Origin: Candidatus Methylomirabilis oxygeniifera
GTDB lineage: Bacteria > Methylomirabilota > Methylomirabilia > Methylomirabilales > Methylomirabilaceae
Reading direction: 5' to 3'
Assembly (NCBI GenBank): GCA_000091165.1
Contig: FP565575.1
Coordinates: 630,001-662,000, forward strand
DNA length: 32,000 nucleotides
In this document: piece after piece, positions 9,205 through 17,608 of the stretch
Layout of the letters: each line of letters starts with the position of its first letter
Position numbering within the stretch: the first letter of the stretch is position 1
The notes under the pieces: model-generated
What the model saw: only the letters and a program-made list of their open reading frames with translations
What the model was told of the DNA's origin: nothing
Database searches by the model: none
Made by a program: the position numbers and the translations under genes

Positions 9205-9245
9205 GCGCCCCGAATGTGGGCGGAGCCGTTGAAAGGAGTGATCGA

Positions 9246-10766
9246 GTGAAGATAGAGCTCAAGGTGCAGGATTTGCTGTCCTACGAGGGAGATGCGCTTA
9301 TTGTGAATCTGTTCGAAGGGGTGCAGCGCCCGGACGGGGCGACCGGGGCGGTGGACCAGGCGCTCGGCGAGTCGATTACCGCCGCCATCCGTCGGCGGGA
9401 GTTCAAGGGCAAACTCCACGAGCGACTCCTGCTGCATACTTCCGGGCAGCTTCCGGTGACTCGGCTACTGGTGATTGGACTCGGCAAGCAGGACGAGTTA
9501 TCTCTTGAGCGGGTGCGCTCAGCCTCGGCAGAGGCAATGCGTCATCTGCGCGGAGTGGGGGTACGGACGGTGGGCTCTATCGTTCATGGCGCCGGTATCG
9601 GGGGACTGGATGCCGGCCAGGCGGCATGCGCTGTGACCGAGGGGGCATCATTGGGCCTCTATCGATTTGACAAATATAAAAAGCCGGAGGAGAACGGGGA
9701 AAAGGTCGTTCAAAAGCTGACGTTGCTGGAGCGCGACCGAGCCAAGGCGTCTGCAATGCAAGGGGGGATATGTCGTGGCCGGATCCTGTCTGAGGCTGTG
9801 AGTTTCGCCCGTGATTTAGTGAATGAGCCGGCGAATACGCTGACCCCTTCGGAACTGGCGGCACGGGCTAGGAGGATGACGAGCGGGTTGGGTCTCACCG
9901 TCAAGATACTGGAGCGCGCCGACATGAAGAGGCTCGGCATGGGGGCGTTGTTGGGGGTGGCTCAGGGCAGCCAGGAGCCCCCGAAGCTCATTGAAGTAAG
10001 CTATAAGGGGAGGAAAGGGAAAGGGGCCGGTCCACGCCTTGGTCTGGTAGGCAAAGGGCTTACGTTCGACTCCGGAGGAATCTCCATCAAGCCGAGCGAG
10101 GGGATGGAGGCGATGAAGGGTGATATGGCCGGCGGAGCGGTGGTCCTCGCAGCGATCAAAGGGATTGCGGAGCTGAAGCTGCCGGTAGATGTGACGGCGA
10201 TCGTACCCGCGACCGAGAATCTACCGAGCGGGACGGCCCAGCGCCCGGGCGACATCGTCACAGCCATGAACGGAAAGACGATTGAGGTTATCAATACCGA
10301 CGCCGAAGGACGACTGATCCTGGCCGATGCCCTCTGTTACGCATGCGACAAGGGACTCACGCATCTTGTCGACGTCGCGACATTGACGGGCGCGTGCGTG
10401 ATCGCGCTCGGCTCGGTCCGGACGGGCGCCTTTACGAATAATCCGGAGCTGATGGGGCAGGTGAAGCAGGCCAGCGAGGCGGCCGGTGAGAAAATCTGGG
10501 AACTGCCTATGGATCACGAGTACGGCGAACAGATCAAGAGCGACTACGCCGATATGAAGAATATTGGAGGCAGGAAGGCCGGGCCGATCACAGGTGCGAA
10601 GCTCCTGGCCAACTTCGTCGAGAAAACTCCGTGGGTTCACCTGGATATCGCCGGGACCGCGCAAACTGAAAAGGAGTACGGATACCAGATAAAAGGGGCG
10701 ACGGGGGCTATGGTCCGTACTCTGATCTATCTGGCGATGAGCTTCGATAGCTCGAAGAAGAAATGA
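9246..10766 (+). CDS. pepA: Leucyl aminopeptidase (M17 cytosol aminopeptidase)
   Basis: VGKGLTFDSGGISIKPSEGMEAMKGDMAGGAVV and NTDAEGRLILADAL signature motifs. GTG start at 9246 with the purine-rich aaaggagtgatcg upstream. Confidence 0.94.
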   Translation: MKIELKVQDLLSYEGDALIVNLFEGVQRPDGATGAVDQALGESITAAIRRREFKGKLHERLLLHTSGQLPVTRLLVIGLGKQDELSLERVRSASAEAMRHLRGVGVRTVGSIVHGAGIGGLDAGQAACAVTEGASLGLYRFDKYKKPEENGEKVVQKLTLLERDRAKASAMQGGICRGRILSEAVSFARDLVNEPANTLTPSELAARARRMTSGLGLTVKILERADMKRLGMGALLGVAQGSQEPPKLIEVSYKGRKGKGAGPRLGLVGKGLTFDSGGISIKPSEGMEAMKGDMAGGAVVLAAIKGIAELKLPVDVTAIVPATENLPSGTAQRPGDIVTAMNGKTIEVINTDAEGRLILADALCYACDKGLTHLVDVATLTGACVIALGSVRTGAFTNNPELMGQVKQASEAAGEKIWELPMDHEYGEQIKSDYADMKNIGGRKAGPITGAKLLANFVEKTPWVHLDIAGTAQTEKEYGYQIKGATGAMVRTLIYLAMSFDSSKKK

Positions 10767-10776
10767 CGCGACTGTC

Positions 10777-11007
10777 CTAGACGGCGACGCATGTCACGGT
10801 TCGCATGACGCCTTTCAAGGTGCGAATTTTCGAGAGGACGACTGATCCGACCGTGCCGACATCAGTGGCCTCAACGCACGCGATGACGTCGTAGGGCCCG
10901 GTGACGGCATGCGCCGACTTTACTCCTTTGATCTTCTGTAACGCTTTTACGATGTTGGCCGTCTGATCCGACGCGCCTTCGATCAGGACATACGCCGTGG
11001 TTGTCAT
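10777..11007 (-). CDS. Lrp/AsnC ligand-binding (RAM)-domain-only small protein
   Basis: 76 aa: TTTAYVLIEGASDQTANIVKALQKIKGVKSAHAVTGPYDVIACVEATDVGTVGSVVLSKIRTLKGVMRTVTCVAV, the stand-alone RAM pattern. RBS-like aaaggaggg upstream. Confidence 0.85.
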   Translation of the reverse strand: MTTTAYVLIEGASDQTANIVKALQKIKGVKSAHAVTGPYDVIACVEATDVGTVGSVVLSKIRTLKGVMRTVTCVAV

Positions 11008-11171
11008 CGCGCATCCCTCCTTTTGGGTAACCGGCCGGCTGTGCGTCTCTGGTCATCCTTGTGCCCTGGTCAGTGACTGACGCGGGCGAATGAACGGTCT
11101 TGACTCGACGTATGTATACGATATATTTCAGTGATGCACAAGGAGAAAGACAGGGGGCTGACGGTACATAG

Positions 11172-12395
11172 ATGGATCGATCAGGCAAGAGTCACCTTGT
11201 AATGTTGTCGAGCCCGACCCGTGAGGCGCCGGATCGCTCTATTGACGACACGATTCCCAGCTTCAACTTTTTTGTGGCCTCTCTTTCGAATTTTTTCTTT
11301 TTCACGAATCTTAATGCCTTCAGTCTGCTTCCCCTGTATATCAAGACGCTTGGGGGAACCGAATCGCAGATCGGTTGGATCATGGGTAGCTACAGTCTGA
11401 CGGCCATTCTTGGACAGCCCGTAGCCGGGGTCCTTATTGACCGGTTCGGACGCAAACGATTCCTGCTGGTAGGATCGGCATTGGGGATGCTGGCCGCGAT
11501 CGGCTTTGCGTTCTCGACCTACCTGGATGCGCGATTCGTACTCTTTCGTATCCTGCAGGGCATCGGGTACTCCACCTTCTATATCGCGAATCTGACGCTG
11601 GTGTCTGAAATGGTTCCGTCGAGCCGTCGCGGGGAGGCGGTGGGCCTTTTCGGGATCTCCGGACTTATTACGATCGCGCTCTCTCCGGCGATCGGAGAGC
11701 AGGTCATCCATCGAGCCGGATATCCAACGTTCTTTTTGGCTGCCGCTGTCGCGGCGGCGGCCTGTCTGCTGACAAGTCTGGCGTTCCGCAATCTCCCATC
11801 GACATCCCGAGGCACTATCTCGTCGGGCTTCGCTTTCCTGATTCCATCCGCGCGCATCCTGCCGCCGATTCTCCTCTCGATGGTATTCGGCTTGGCCTCC
11901 GGGGCGGTGTTCGTATTTTTGCCGACTTACGCGATGCAGACGGGGTTGTCGCGGATCGGCGGGTTCTACATTGCATACAGCGTAGCGGCCGTCGGTATCC
12001 GATTAACCTGCGGTAAGCTGTCTGATCAATGGGGACGTCAGCGCGTGATTCTTCCCGCCCTGCTGCTTATGGCATCCGGCACCCTGGGTCTTGTCTGGCT
12101 CATTTCTCCGGTTGGTCTGCTGTTAATCGGAACGCTGACCGGAATGGCGCACGGCTTGCTGTTCCCGGCCCTGAGCGCCTATACAATCGATCTGGCGGAG
12201 TCGGATGGGCGCGGACGCGCCTTGGGTGCTTTCAGCACCGCTATGTTGCTGGGTCATGCGCTTGCAGCGTTCACATTCGGGATTGTCGCGGAGCAGTTCG
12301 GCTACCGGGCGATCTATCTTCTGGCTTCGGCCATTGCGATGACCACCTTCTGTGTATTATTGTGTGTCCGAAACAGGGCTCAGATAGTGCGATAG
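11172..12395 (+). CDS. Major facilitator superfamily transporter
   Basis: About 12 hydrophobic segments, MFS loop signature GVLIDRFGRKRFLLVGS and equivalent KLSDQWGRQRVILPAL in the second half. Confidence 0.88.
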   Translation: MDRSGKSHLVMLSSPTREAPDRSIDDTIPSFNFFVASLSNFFFFTNLNAFSLLPLYIKTLGGTESQIGWIMGSYSLTAILGQPVAGVLIDRFGRKRFLLVGSALGMLAAIGFAFSTYLDARFVLFRILQGIGYSTFYIANLTLVSEMVPSSRRGEAVGLFGISGLITIALSPAIGEQVIHRAGYPTFFLAAAVAAAACLLTSLAFRNLPSTSRGTISSGFAFLIPSARILPPILLSMVFGLASGAVFVFLPTYAMQTGLSRIGGFYIAYSVAAVGIRLTCGKLSDQWGRQRVILPALLLMASGTLGLVWLISPVGLLLIGTLTGMAHGLLFPALSAYTIDLAESDGRGRALGAFSTAMLLGHALAAFTFGIVAEQFGYRAIYLLASAIAMTTFCVLLCVRNRAQIVR

Positions 12396-12529
12396 CCCGC
12401 GGTGTCGGAAGCGATAGATGAACGTGTTCATACTCGATATTCTCGATGTCCACGAGAGGCGGGCGCCACGGCGGGACGCTTCGGCAAGAGGGTGGACGGA
12501 CAGATGTGAGGAAGTGAAAGGGAGGGCAT

Positions 12530-13441
12530 ATGGGTTGGTTCAGCGCATTATGTGAGGGCGGCGGGAAATCCGGTAAAAGGCTCATCGAGGCCTCTAAATC
12601 AGGAACTGCGGAAACGGTCACGCGCCTGTTGACTGAAGGCGTTGATGCAAATGCGGGTGATCAACATGGCTGGACGGCACTGATGTATGCGTCCTGGCAT
12701 GGACGTTCCGGAATAGTGGAGCTGCTGCTCAAGCACGGCGTCGACGTACACGCAAAGGATCATAATGGCTGGACAGCCCTGATGCGTGCAGCGTGGAAAG
12801 GGTACGCCGGGATTGTAGAGCTGCTGCTCAAGCACGGCGCCGACGTACACGCAAAGGATCATAATGGCTGGACAGCCCTGATGCATGCCTCTTGGAGAGG
12901 GCATTCCGGGGCGGTAGAGCTGCTGCTTAAGCACGGCGCCGACGTACAGGTCAGAGATAAAGACGGCTGGACGTCGCTGATGCATGCGTCCGGTCATGGG
13001 CGCTCCAGGGCGGTAGAGCTGCTGCTTAAGCACGGCGCCGACGTACAGGTCAGAGATAAAGACGGCTGGACGGCGCTGATGCGTGCATCCTGGAACGGAC
13101 ATGCCGGGGTGGTCGCGATGCTGCTGAAGCATGACGCAGATCCGAACGTGAAGGATCAGAGCGGCTGGACGGCGCTGATGCGTGCGTCCTGGCGAGGACA
13201 TTCCGGGGTGGTCGCGATGCTGCTGAAGCATGACGCAGATCCGAACGTGAAGGATCAGAAGGATGGGACGGCCCTGACACACGCGTCCGAGAGAGGGCGT
13301 TTTAGAATTGTCGCGCTCCTGCTTCAGTACGGCGCCGATATGCACGTGAAGGATTATAAACGTCAGACGGCCCTGATGTACGCGTCTTTGCATGGGCATT
13401 CGAGAGTTGCAGAGCTGCTGCAGAGACACGCCGCGTCCTGA
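12530..13441 (+). CDS. Ankyrin-repeat protein, array member 1
   Basis: 303 aa of 33-aa repeats (GWTALMRAAWKGYAGIVELLLKHGADVHAKDHN...). N-terminus MGWFSALCEGGGKSGKRLIEASKSG, RBS gggagg. Confidence 0.92.
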   Translation: MGWFSALCEGGGKSGKRLIEASKSGTAETVTRLLTEGVDANAGDQHGWTALMYASWHGRSGIVELLLKHGVDVHAKDHNGWTALMRAAWKGYAGIVELLLKHGADVHAKDHNGWTALMHASWRGHSGAVELLLKHGADVQVRDKDGWTSLMHASGHGRSRAVELLLKHGADVQVRDKDGWTALMRASWNGHAGVVAMLLKHDADPNVKDQSGWTALMRASWRGHSGVVAMLLKHDADPNVKDQKDGTALTHASERGRFRIVALLLQYGADMHVKDYKRQTALMYASLHGHSRVAELLQRHAAS

Positions 13442-13625
13442 GAGCACGGCGCCGGATTTCACACATTGGAAATGTCTTGCTAAGCTGTATACTTGATTTG
13501 TATGGACCCTTTTGTAGGGTCTCGGAGTATGGGGGCGGCCGTCTCGAATCCGGCGTCCTGATCGGGGATCGACCGCAGCCGTGTGCGGGATGGGATAGAT
13601 GGGCTAGATGTGATAGGAGGGGGGT

Positions 13626-14339
13626 ATGGGTTTCTTTAGCGCATTATTTGAAAGTGATGAGAAGCCTGTTGATAAGCTTATTGAGGCGTCCAAATCCGGA
13701 GATATTGAAAAGGTGAAAAGGCTGCTGGCTGAAGGCGCTGACGTGCATGTGATTGATAAAGATGGCGTGACCGCTCTGATGCACGCGTCTGAGAATGGGC
13801 ATACTGAGGTTATGGAGCTACTGCTCAACAAAGGCGCTGATGTGAACGCCAGAGATAAACTTGGCTGGACGGCCTTGATGCAAGCGGCCTGGCATGGACA
13901 AGCCAAGGTGGCAGAGCTGCTGCTCAATCAGGGCGCCGATGTCAATGCGCAGGCCGTGAGTGGCGCGACCGCCTTGATACGCGCGTCCGAGAAAGGACAT
14001 GCCGGGGTTGTCGGACTGCTGCTCATTCGAGGTGTTGATGTGGACGCAAAGGCGGGAGACGGCGCGACCGCCCTGATACGCGCGGCCTGGCATGGACATG
14101 CCGGGGTTGTCGGACTCCTGCTCAATCACGGCGCTGATGTGGATGCGAGAGACAACAACCGTGCGACCGCCCTGATACGCGCGGCCTGGCATGGACATGC
14201 CAAGGTGGCGGAGCTGCTGCTCAATAAAGGCGCTGATGTGAGCGCGAAGGATAATATGAATGCGACGGCCTGGATGTATGCCTCCCAGAATAAACTTTCT
14301 AAGATTGCTGAACTGCTGGACAGACACGGCGCGCGCTAA
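13626..14339 (+). CDS. Ankyrin-repeat protein, array member 2
   Basis: MGFFSALFESDEKPVDKLIEASKSGDIEKVKRLLAEGADVHVIDKDG followed by ankyrin repeats. RBS taggagg. Confidence 0.92.
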   Translation: MGFFSALFESDEKPVDKLIEASKSGDIEKVKRLLAEGADVHVIDKDGVTALMHASENGHTEVMELLLNKGADVNARDKLGWTALMQAAWHGQAKVAELLLNQGADVNAQAVSGATALIRASEKGHAGVVGLLLIRGVDVDAKAGDGATALIRAAWHGHAGVVGLLLNHGADVDARDNNRATALIRAAWHGHAKVAELLLNKGADVSAKDNMNATAWMYASQNKLSKIAELLDRHGAR

Positions 14340-14378
14340 GATGCAAAGAAGCGATCGGCGTTCGGCGATTAAGGGATA

Positions 14379-14460
14379 GGAGTATAGGCTGAAGACCGAA
14401 GGCTGAAGGATCCTCACAATCTTCCACCTTCAGCCTATTTACCTTCAGCCTTCAGTCTGG
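14379..14460. repeat. REP-like intergenic element with ggctgaag / cttcagcc arms
   Basis: ggagtataggctgaagaccgaaggctgaaggatcctcac...accttcagcctatttaccttcagccttcagtctgg. Shares ggagtataggctga and cttcagcctatttacctt with the ank5-ank6 gap. Confidence 0.75.
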
Positions 14461-14505
14461 TACTGACCCCTGACAGCTTTGTTTTCGAAGGAAGAGGGAG
14501 GTTGT

Positions 14506-15417
14506 ATGGGTTTCCTGAGCTCATTATTTGGGAGTGGTGGGAAGCGTGGTAAAAGGCTGATCGAGGCGTCCAAATCCGGAGAAACCGGAAAAGTTAAGAG
14601 CCTGTTGGCCGAAGGCGCCGATGTGAATGCGATAGATGGGGACGGCTGGACAGCCCTGATGCATGCATCGTGGGTCGGACATCTTACGGTTGTCGAAGCG
14701 CTGCTCGATCGTGGCGCTGATGTGAACGTGCAGGATAAGAATGGGGGGACGGCACTGATCCGGGCGGCCTGGAAAGAACACGCCCGTGTGGTGGAGAGGC
14801 TTCTCGCGAAAGGCGCTGAGGTTGACGTAAAGGATAAAGATAGCTTTAGCGCGCTGATGCGTGCGGCATGGAATGGCCGTTTCGGAGTGATAGAGATACT
14901 CCTCAATAACGGAGCAGTTGTGGATGCGAGGGACAAATTTGGTTGTACGGCCCTCATACGCGCGTCGTTGAATGGCCATACCAGGATTGCGGAACTCCTG
15001 CTCGATCGAGGCGCGGACCTGAACGCGCTGGATCAACATGGCGGGACGGCGCTGATACATGCCGCCGCGCAGGGCCATACCGGGGTTGCGGAGCTCCTGC
15101 TCGATCGAGGCGCGGACCTGAACGTACGGGATCAATACAGCAGGACGGCGCTGATACGGGCCGCCGCGCATGGCCATACCGGGGTTGCAGAACTCCTGAT
15201 CAATCGAGGCGCGGACCTGAACGTACGGGATCAACATGGCGGGACGGCGCTGATACGGGCCGCCGCGCATGGCCATACCGGGGTTGCGGAACTCCTGCTC
15301 GATCGAGGCGCGGACCTGAACATGTGGGATGCCGATGGCGGGACGGCTTTGGAGCGCGCATCTTTGAATGGACACCTTAAGATGTTGGAACTGTTGAAGA
15401 AGTATGGGGCACAGTAA
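14506..15417 (+). CDS. Ankyrin-repeat protein, array member 3
   Basis: MGFLSSLFGSGGKRGKRLIEASKSGETGKVKSLLAEGADVNAIDGDG. Start chosen at 14506 by homology with the other members rather than the track start at 14479. Confidence 0.92.
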   Translation: MGFLSSLFGSGGKRGKRLIEASKSGETGKVKSLLAEGADVNAIDGDGWTALMHASWVGHLTVVEALLDRGADVNVQDKNGGTALIRAAWKEHARVVERLLAKGAEVDVKDKDSFSALMRAAWNGRFGVIEILLNNGAVVDARDKFGCTALIRASLNGHTRIAELLLDRGADLNALDQHGGTALIHAAAQGHTGVAELLLDRGADLNVRDQYSRTALIRAAAHGHTGVAELLINRGADLNVRDQHGGTALIRAAAHGHTGVAELLLDRGADLNMWDADGGTALERASLNGHLKMLELLKKYGAQ

Positions 15418-15438
15418 GATTAAAAAAAGTGATCAGCT

Positions 15439-15502
15439 ATAGGCGGAAGAGGCTGAAGGCAGATAGACTGAAGGCGTTGAGTATTCTTCAGTCTTCAGCG
15501 TA
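15439..15502. repeat. REP-like intergenic element between ankyrin genes 3 and 4
   Basis: ataggcggaagaggctgaaggcagatagactgaag...cttcagtcttcagcgta, an imperfect hairpin of the same family. Confidence 0.7.
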
Positions 15503-15564
15503 ACCCTTTGCTTTTGTGGCTGACGGCTGAGCGCTGATCGCTATGCTCTCAGAAAGGAGGGTAT

Positions 15565-16476
15565 ATGGGTTTATTTGGGTCACTATTTGAGGGTGGTGGA
15601 AAGCATGGCGCAAAGCTCATCGCGGCGTCTCAATCCGGAGAGACCGATAAAGTCAAGAGCCTGTTGGCTGACGGCGCCGATGTCAATGCGAAGGATCGCG
15701 AGGGCTGGACGGCTCTGATGCATGCGTCCTGGCATGGACATGCCGAGGCGGCAGCGGCACTGCTCGATCGTGGCGCTGACGTGGGGACGACGGATAACAA
15801 TGGTGGGACCGCTCTGATACGCGCGTCCTGGCATGGGCATGTCGAGATTGCGGAGCGACTGATCGCGAAAGGCGCCGATGTCAACGTGAGCGACAAAGAC
15901 AGCTTTACGTCCCTCATGTATGCGTCCGAGAATGGGCACGTGAAGGTCGTAGAGCTGCTGCTCACGCACGGCGCCGCTATCGACGCCAGGGCCGGTAATG
16001 GCCGGACGGTTCTGATGATGGCGTCTGCGGAAGGATATACTGAGGTGGTAGACCTGCTGATCAGTAAGGGCGCCGACGTCAATGTCTGGGACAAGACCGG
16101 CTGGACGGTCCTGATGTATGCATCCGGGAAGGGGCATACCGGGATTGCAGAGCGGCTGCTCGCGAAAGGCGCCGATCCGAATGCGAAGGATAGTAATAGT
16201 GTCACAGCCCTGATGCGTGCGGCTGTGAATGGGCGTTTCGGGGTCGCAGAACTGCTGCTCAAACACGGCGCCGATCTGAATGCGAAGGATAGTAATAGCG
16301 TCACAGCCCTGATGTATGCGGCCGGGAAAGGACATGCGAAGGTTGTAGAGTTACTGCTCACGCAAGGCGCGGACGTGAACGTCAAGGCGAATGATGGCGG
16401 GACGGCCCTGGAGTATGCGCATTGGCATGGGTATGATGACGTTACGGAGCTGCTTGAGAAACACGGGGCGCACTGA
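15565..16476 (+). CDS. Ankyrin-repeat protein, array member 4
   Basis: MGLFGSLFEGGGKHGAKLIAASQSGETDKVKSLLADGADVNAKDREG. RBS aaaggagg. Confidence 0.92.
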   Translation: MGLFGSLFEGGGKHGAKLIAASQSGETDKVKSLLADGADVNAKDREGWTALMHASWHGHAEAAAALLDRGADVGTTDNNGGTALIRASWHGHVEIAERLIAKGADVNVSDKDSFTSLMYASENGHVKVVELLLTHGAAIDARAGNGRTVLMMASAEGYTEVVDLLISKGADVNVWDKTGWTVLMYASGKGHTGIAERLLAKGADPNAKDSNSVTALMRAAVNGRFGVAELLLKHGADLNAKDSNSVTALMYAAGKGHAKVVELLLTQGADVNVKANDGGTALEYAHWHGYDDVTELLEKHGAH

Positions 16477-16486
16477 GTGGGAGTAA

Positions 16487-16529
16487 GGCTGAAGGGATTT
16501 AGGCTGAAGGAGGATAGGCTTCAAGGCGC
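16487..16529 (+). repeat. Left arm of a 43-bp inverted repeat flanking ankyrin gene 5
   Basis: ggctgaagggatttaggctgaaggaggataggcttcaaggcgc. The reverse complement at 17543..17585 matches with 2 mismatches. Confidence 0.93.
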
Positions 16530-16590
16530 TATTCCTAAAAGCCTAACAGCCTACAGCCTTAACACCTGAGTAGTTGCGAAAGGAGGCACT

Positions 16591-17502
16591 ATGGGTTTCC
16601 TTAGCTCATTATTTGGGGATAGTGGGAAGCCTGTCGATAGGCTCATCGAGGCGTCGAAGTCCGGAGACATCGAAAAAGTCAAGCGCCTGCTGGCCGAAGG
16701 CGCCGATGTGAACGAGAGAGATGCGGATGGCTGGACGGCCCTGACACATGCGTCCTGGCATGGCCATGCCCCGGTTGTCGAGCTGCTGCTGAATAAAGGC
16801 GCCGATGTGCATGTGAGAGACAATAAAGGCTTTTTGGTTTTGATTCATGCGTCTTGGAGGGGGCATGTGGAGGTTGTCGAGCTGCTGCTGAATAAAGGCG
16901 CCGATGTGCATGTGAGGAATGAAGACGGCGGGATAGCCCTGATGCGTGCGTCCGAGAAAGGGCATACCCCGGTGGTCGAGTTACTGTTGAATAAAGGCGC
17001 CGATGTCAACATGAGGGATCAGAATGGTTGGACTTCCCTGATGCGAGCGTCCTGGTATGGGCATGCCCCGGTGGTCGAGCTACTGTTGAATAAAGGCGCC
17101 GATGTCAACGTGAGAGATCAGAATAGCGGAACGCCCCTGATGCATGCGTCCAAACATGGATATGCCCCAGTAGTCGAGCTGCTCCTGACTCAAAGCGCTG
17201 ATGTGAATGCCAAGGCGGGTAGTGGCGTGACCGCCCTGATGTATGCATCTGAGTATGGATATGCCGGGATTGTCGAGCTGCTCCTGGCTCAAAGCGCTGA
17301 TGTGAATGCCAAGGCGGATAATGGCGCGACCGCCCTGATGCTGGCGTCTGGGAACGGGCATACCGGGTGTGTGGAGCGGCTCCTGACTCAAGGCGCTGAT
17401 GTGAAGGCGAAGGATTATAATCGTCGGACGGCCCTGATGTATGCCACGTCTAACGGGCATACTCAGGTAGCTGAGCTGTTGCAGAAGCACGATACACACT
17501 GA
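16591..17502 (+). CDS. Ankyrin-repeat protein, array member 5
   Basis: MGFLSSLFGDSGKPVDRLIEASKSGDIEKVKRLLAEGADVNERDADG. RBS aaaggagg. Confidence 0.92.
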   Translation: MGFLSSLFGDSGKPVDRLIEASKSGDIEKVKRLLAEGADVNERDADGWTALTHASWHGHAPVVELLLNKGADVHVRDNKGFLVLIHASWRGHVEVVELLLNKGADVHVRNEDGGIALMRASEKGHTPVVELLLNKGADVNMRDQNGWTSLMRASWYGHAPVVELLLNKGADVNVRDQNSGTPLMHASKHGYAPVVELLLTQSADVNAKAGSGVTALMYASEYGYAGIVELLLAQSADVNAKADNGATALMLASGNGHTGCVERLLTQGADVKAKDYNRRTALMYATSNGHTQVAELLQKHDTH

Positions 17503-17542
17503 GTCGGAGTATAGGCTGAGGACTGTTAGCCTTCTAGGGGTC

Positions 17543-17585
17543 GCACCTTGAAGTCTATCCTCCTTCAGCCTAAATCCCTTCAGCC
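17543..17585 (-). repeat. Right arm of the 43-bp inverted repeat flanking ankyrin gene 5
   Basis: gcaccttgaagtctatcctccttcagcctaaatcccttcagcc. The first 30 nt of its reverse complement are identical to the left arm. Confidence 0.93.
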
Positions 17586-17608
17586 TATTTACCTTGAAAG
17601 GAGGCACT

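Noticed and set aside
13477-13716. 79-aa plus-strand ORF between ankyrin genes 1 and 2
   Set aside because: Overlaps the start of ankyrin gene 2 in another frame and has no motif.
16487-17585. Inverted repeat pair considered as the ends of a classical IS element around gene 5
   Set aside because: The enclosed gene is an ankyrin protein with no transposase and no target-site duplication was seen. The related cores recur in other gaps, so a REP/MITE-like family fits better.
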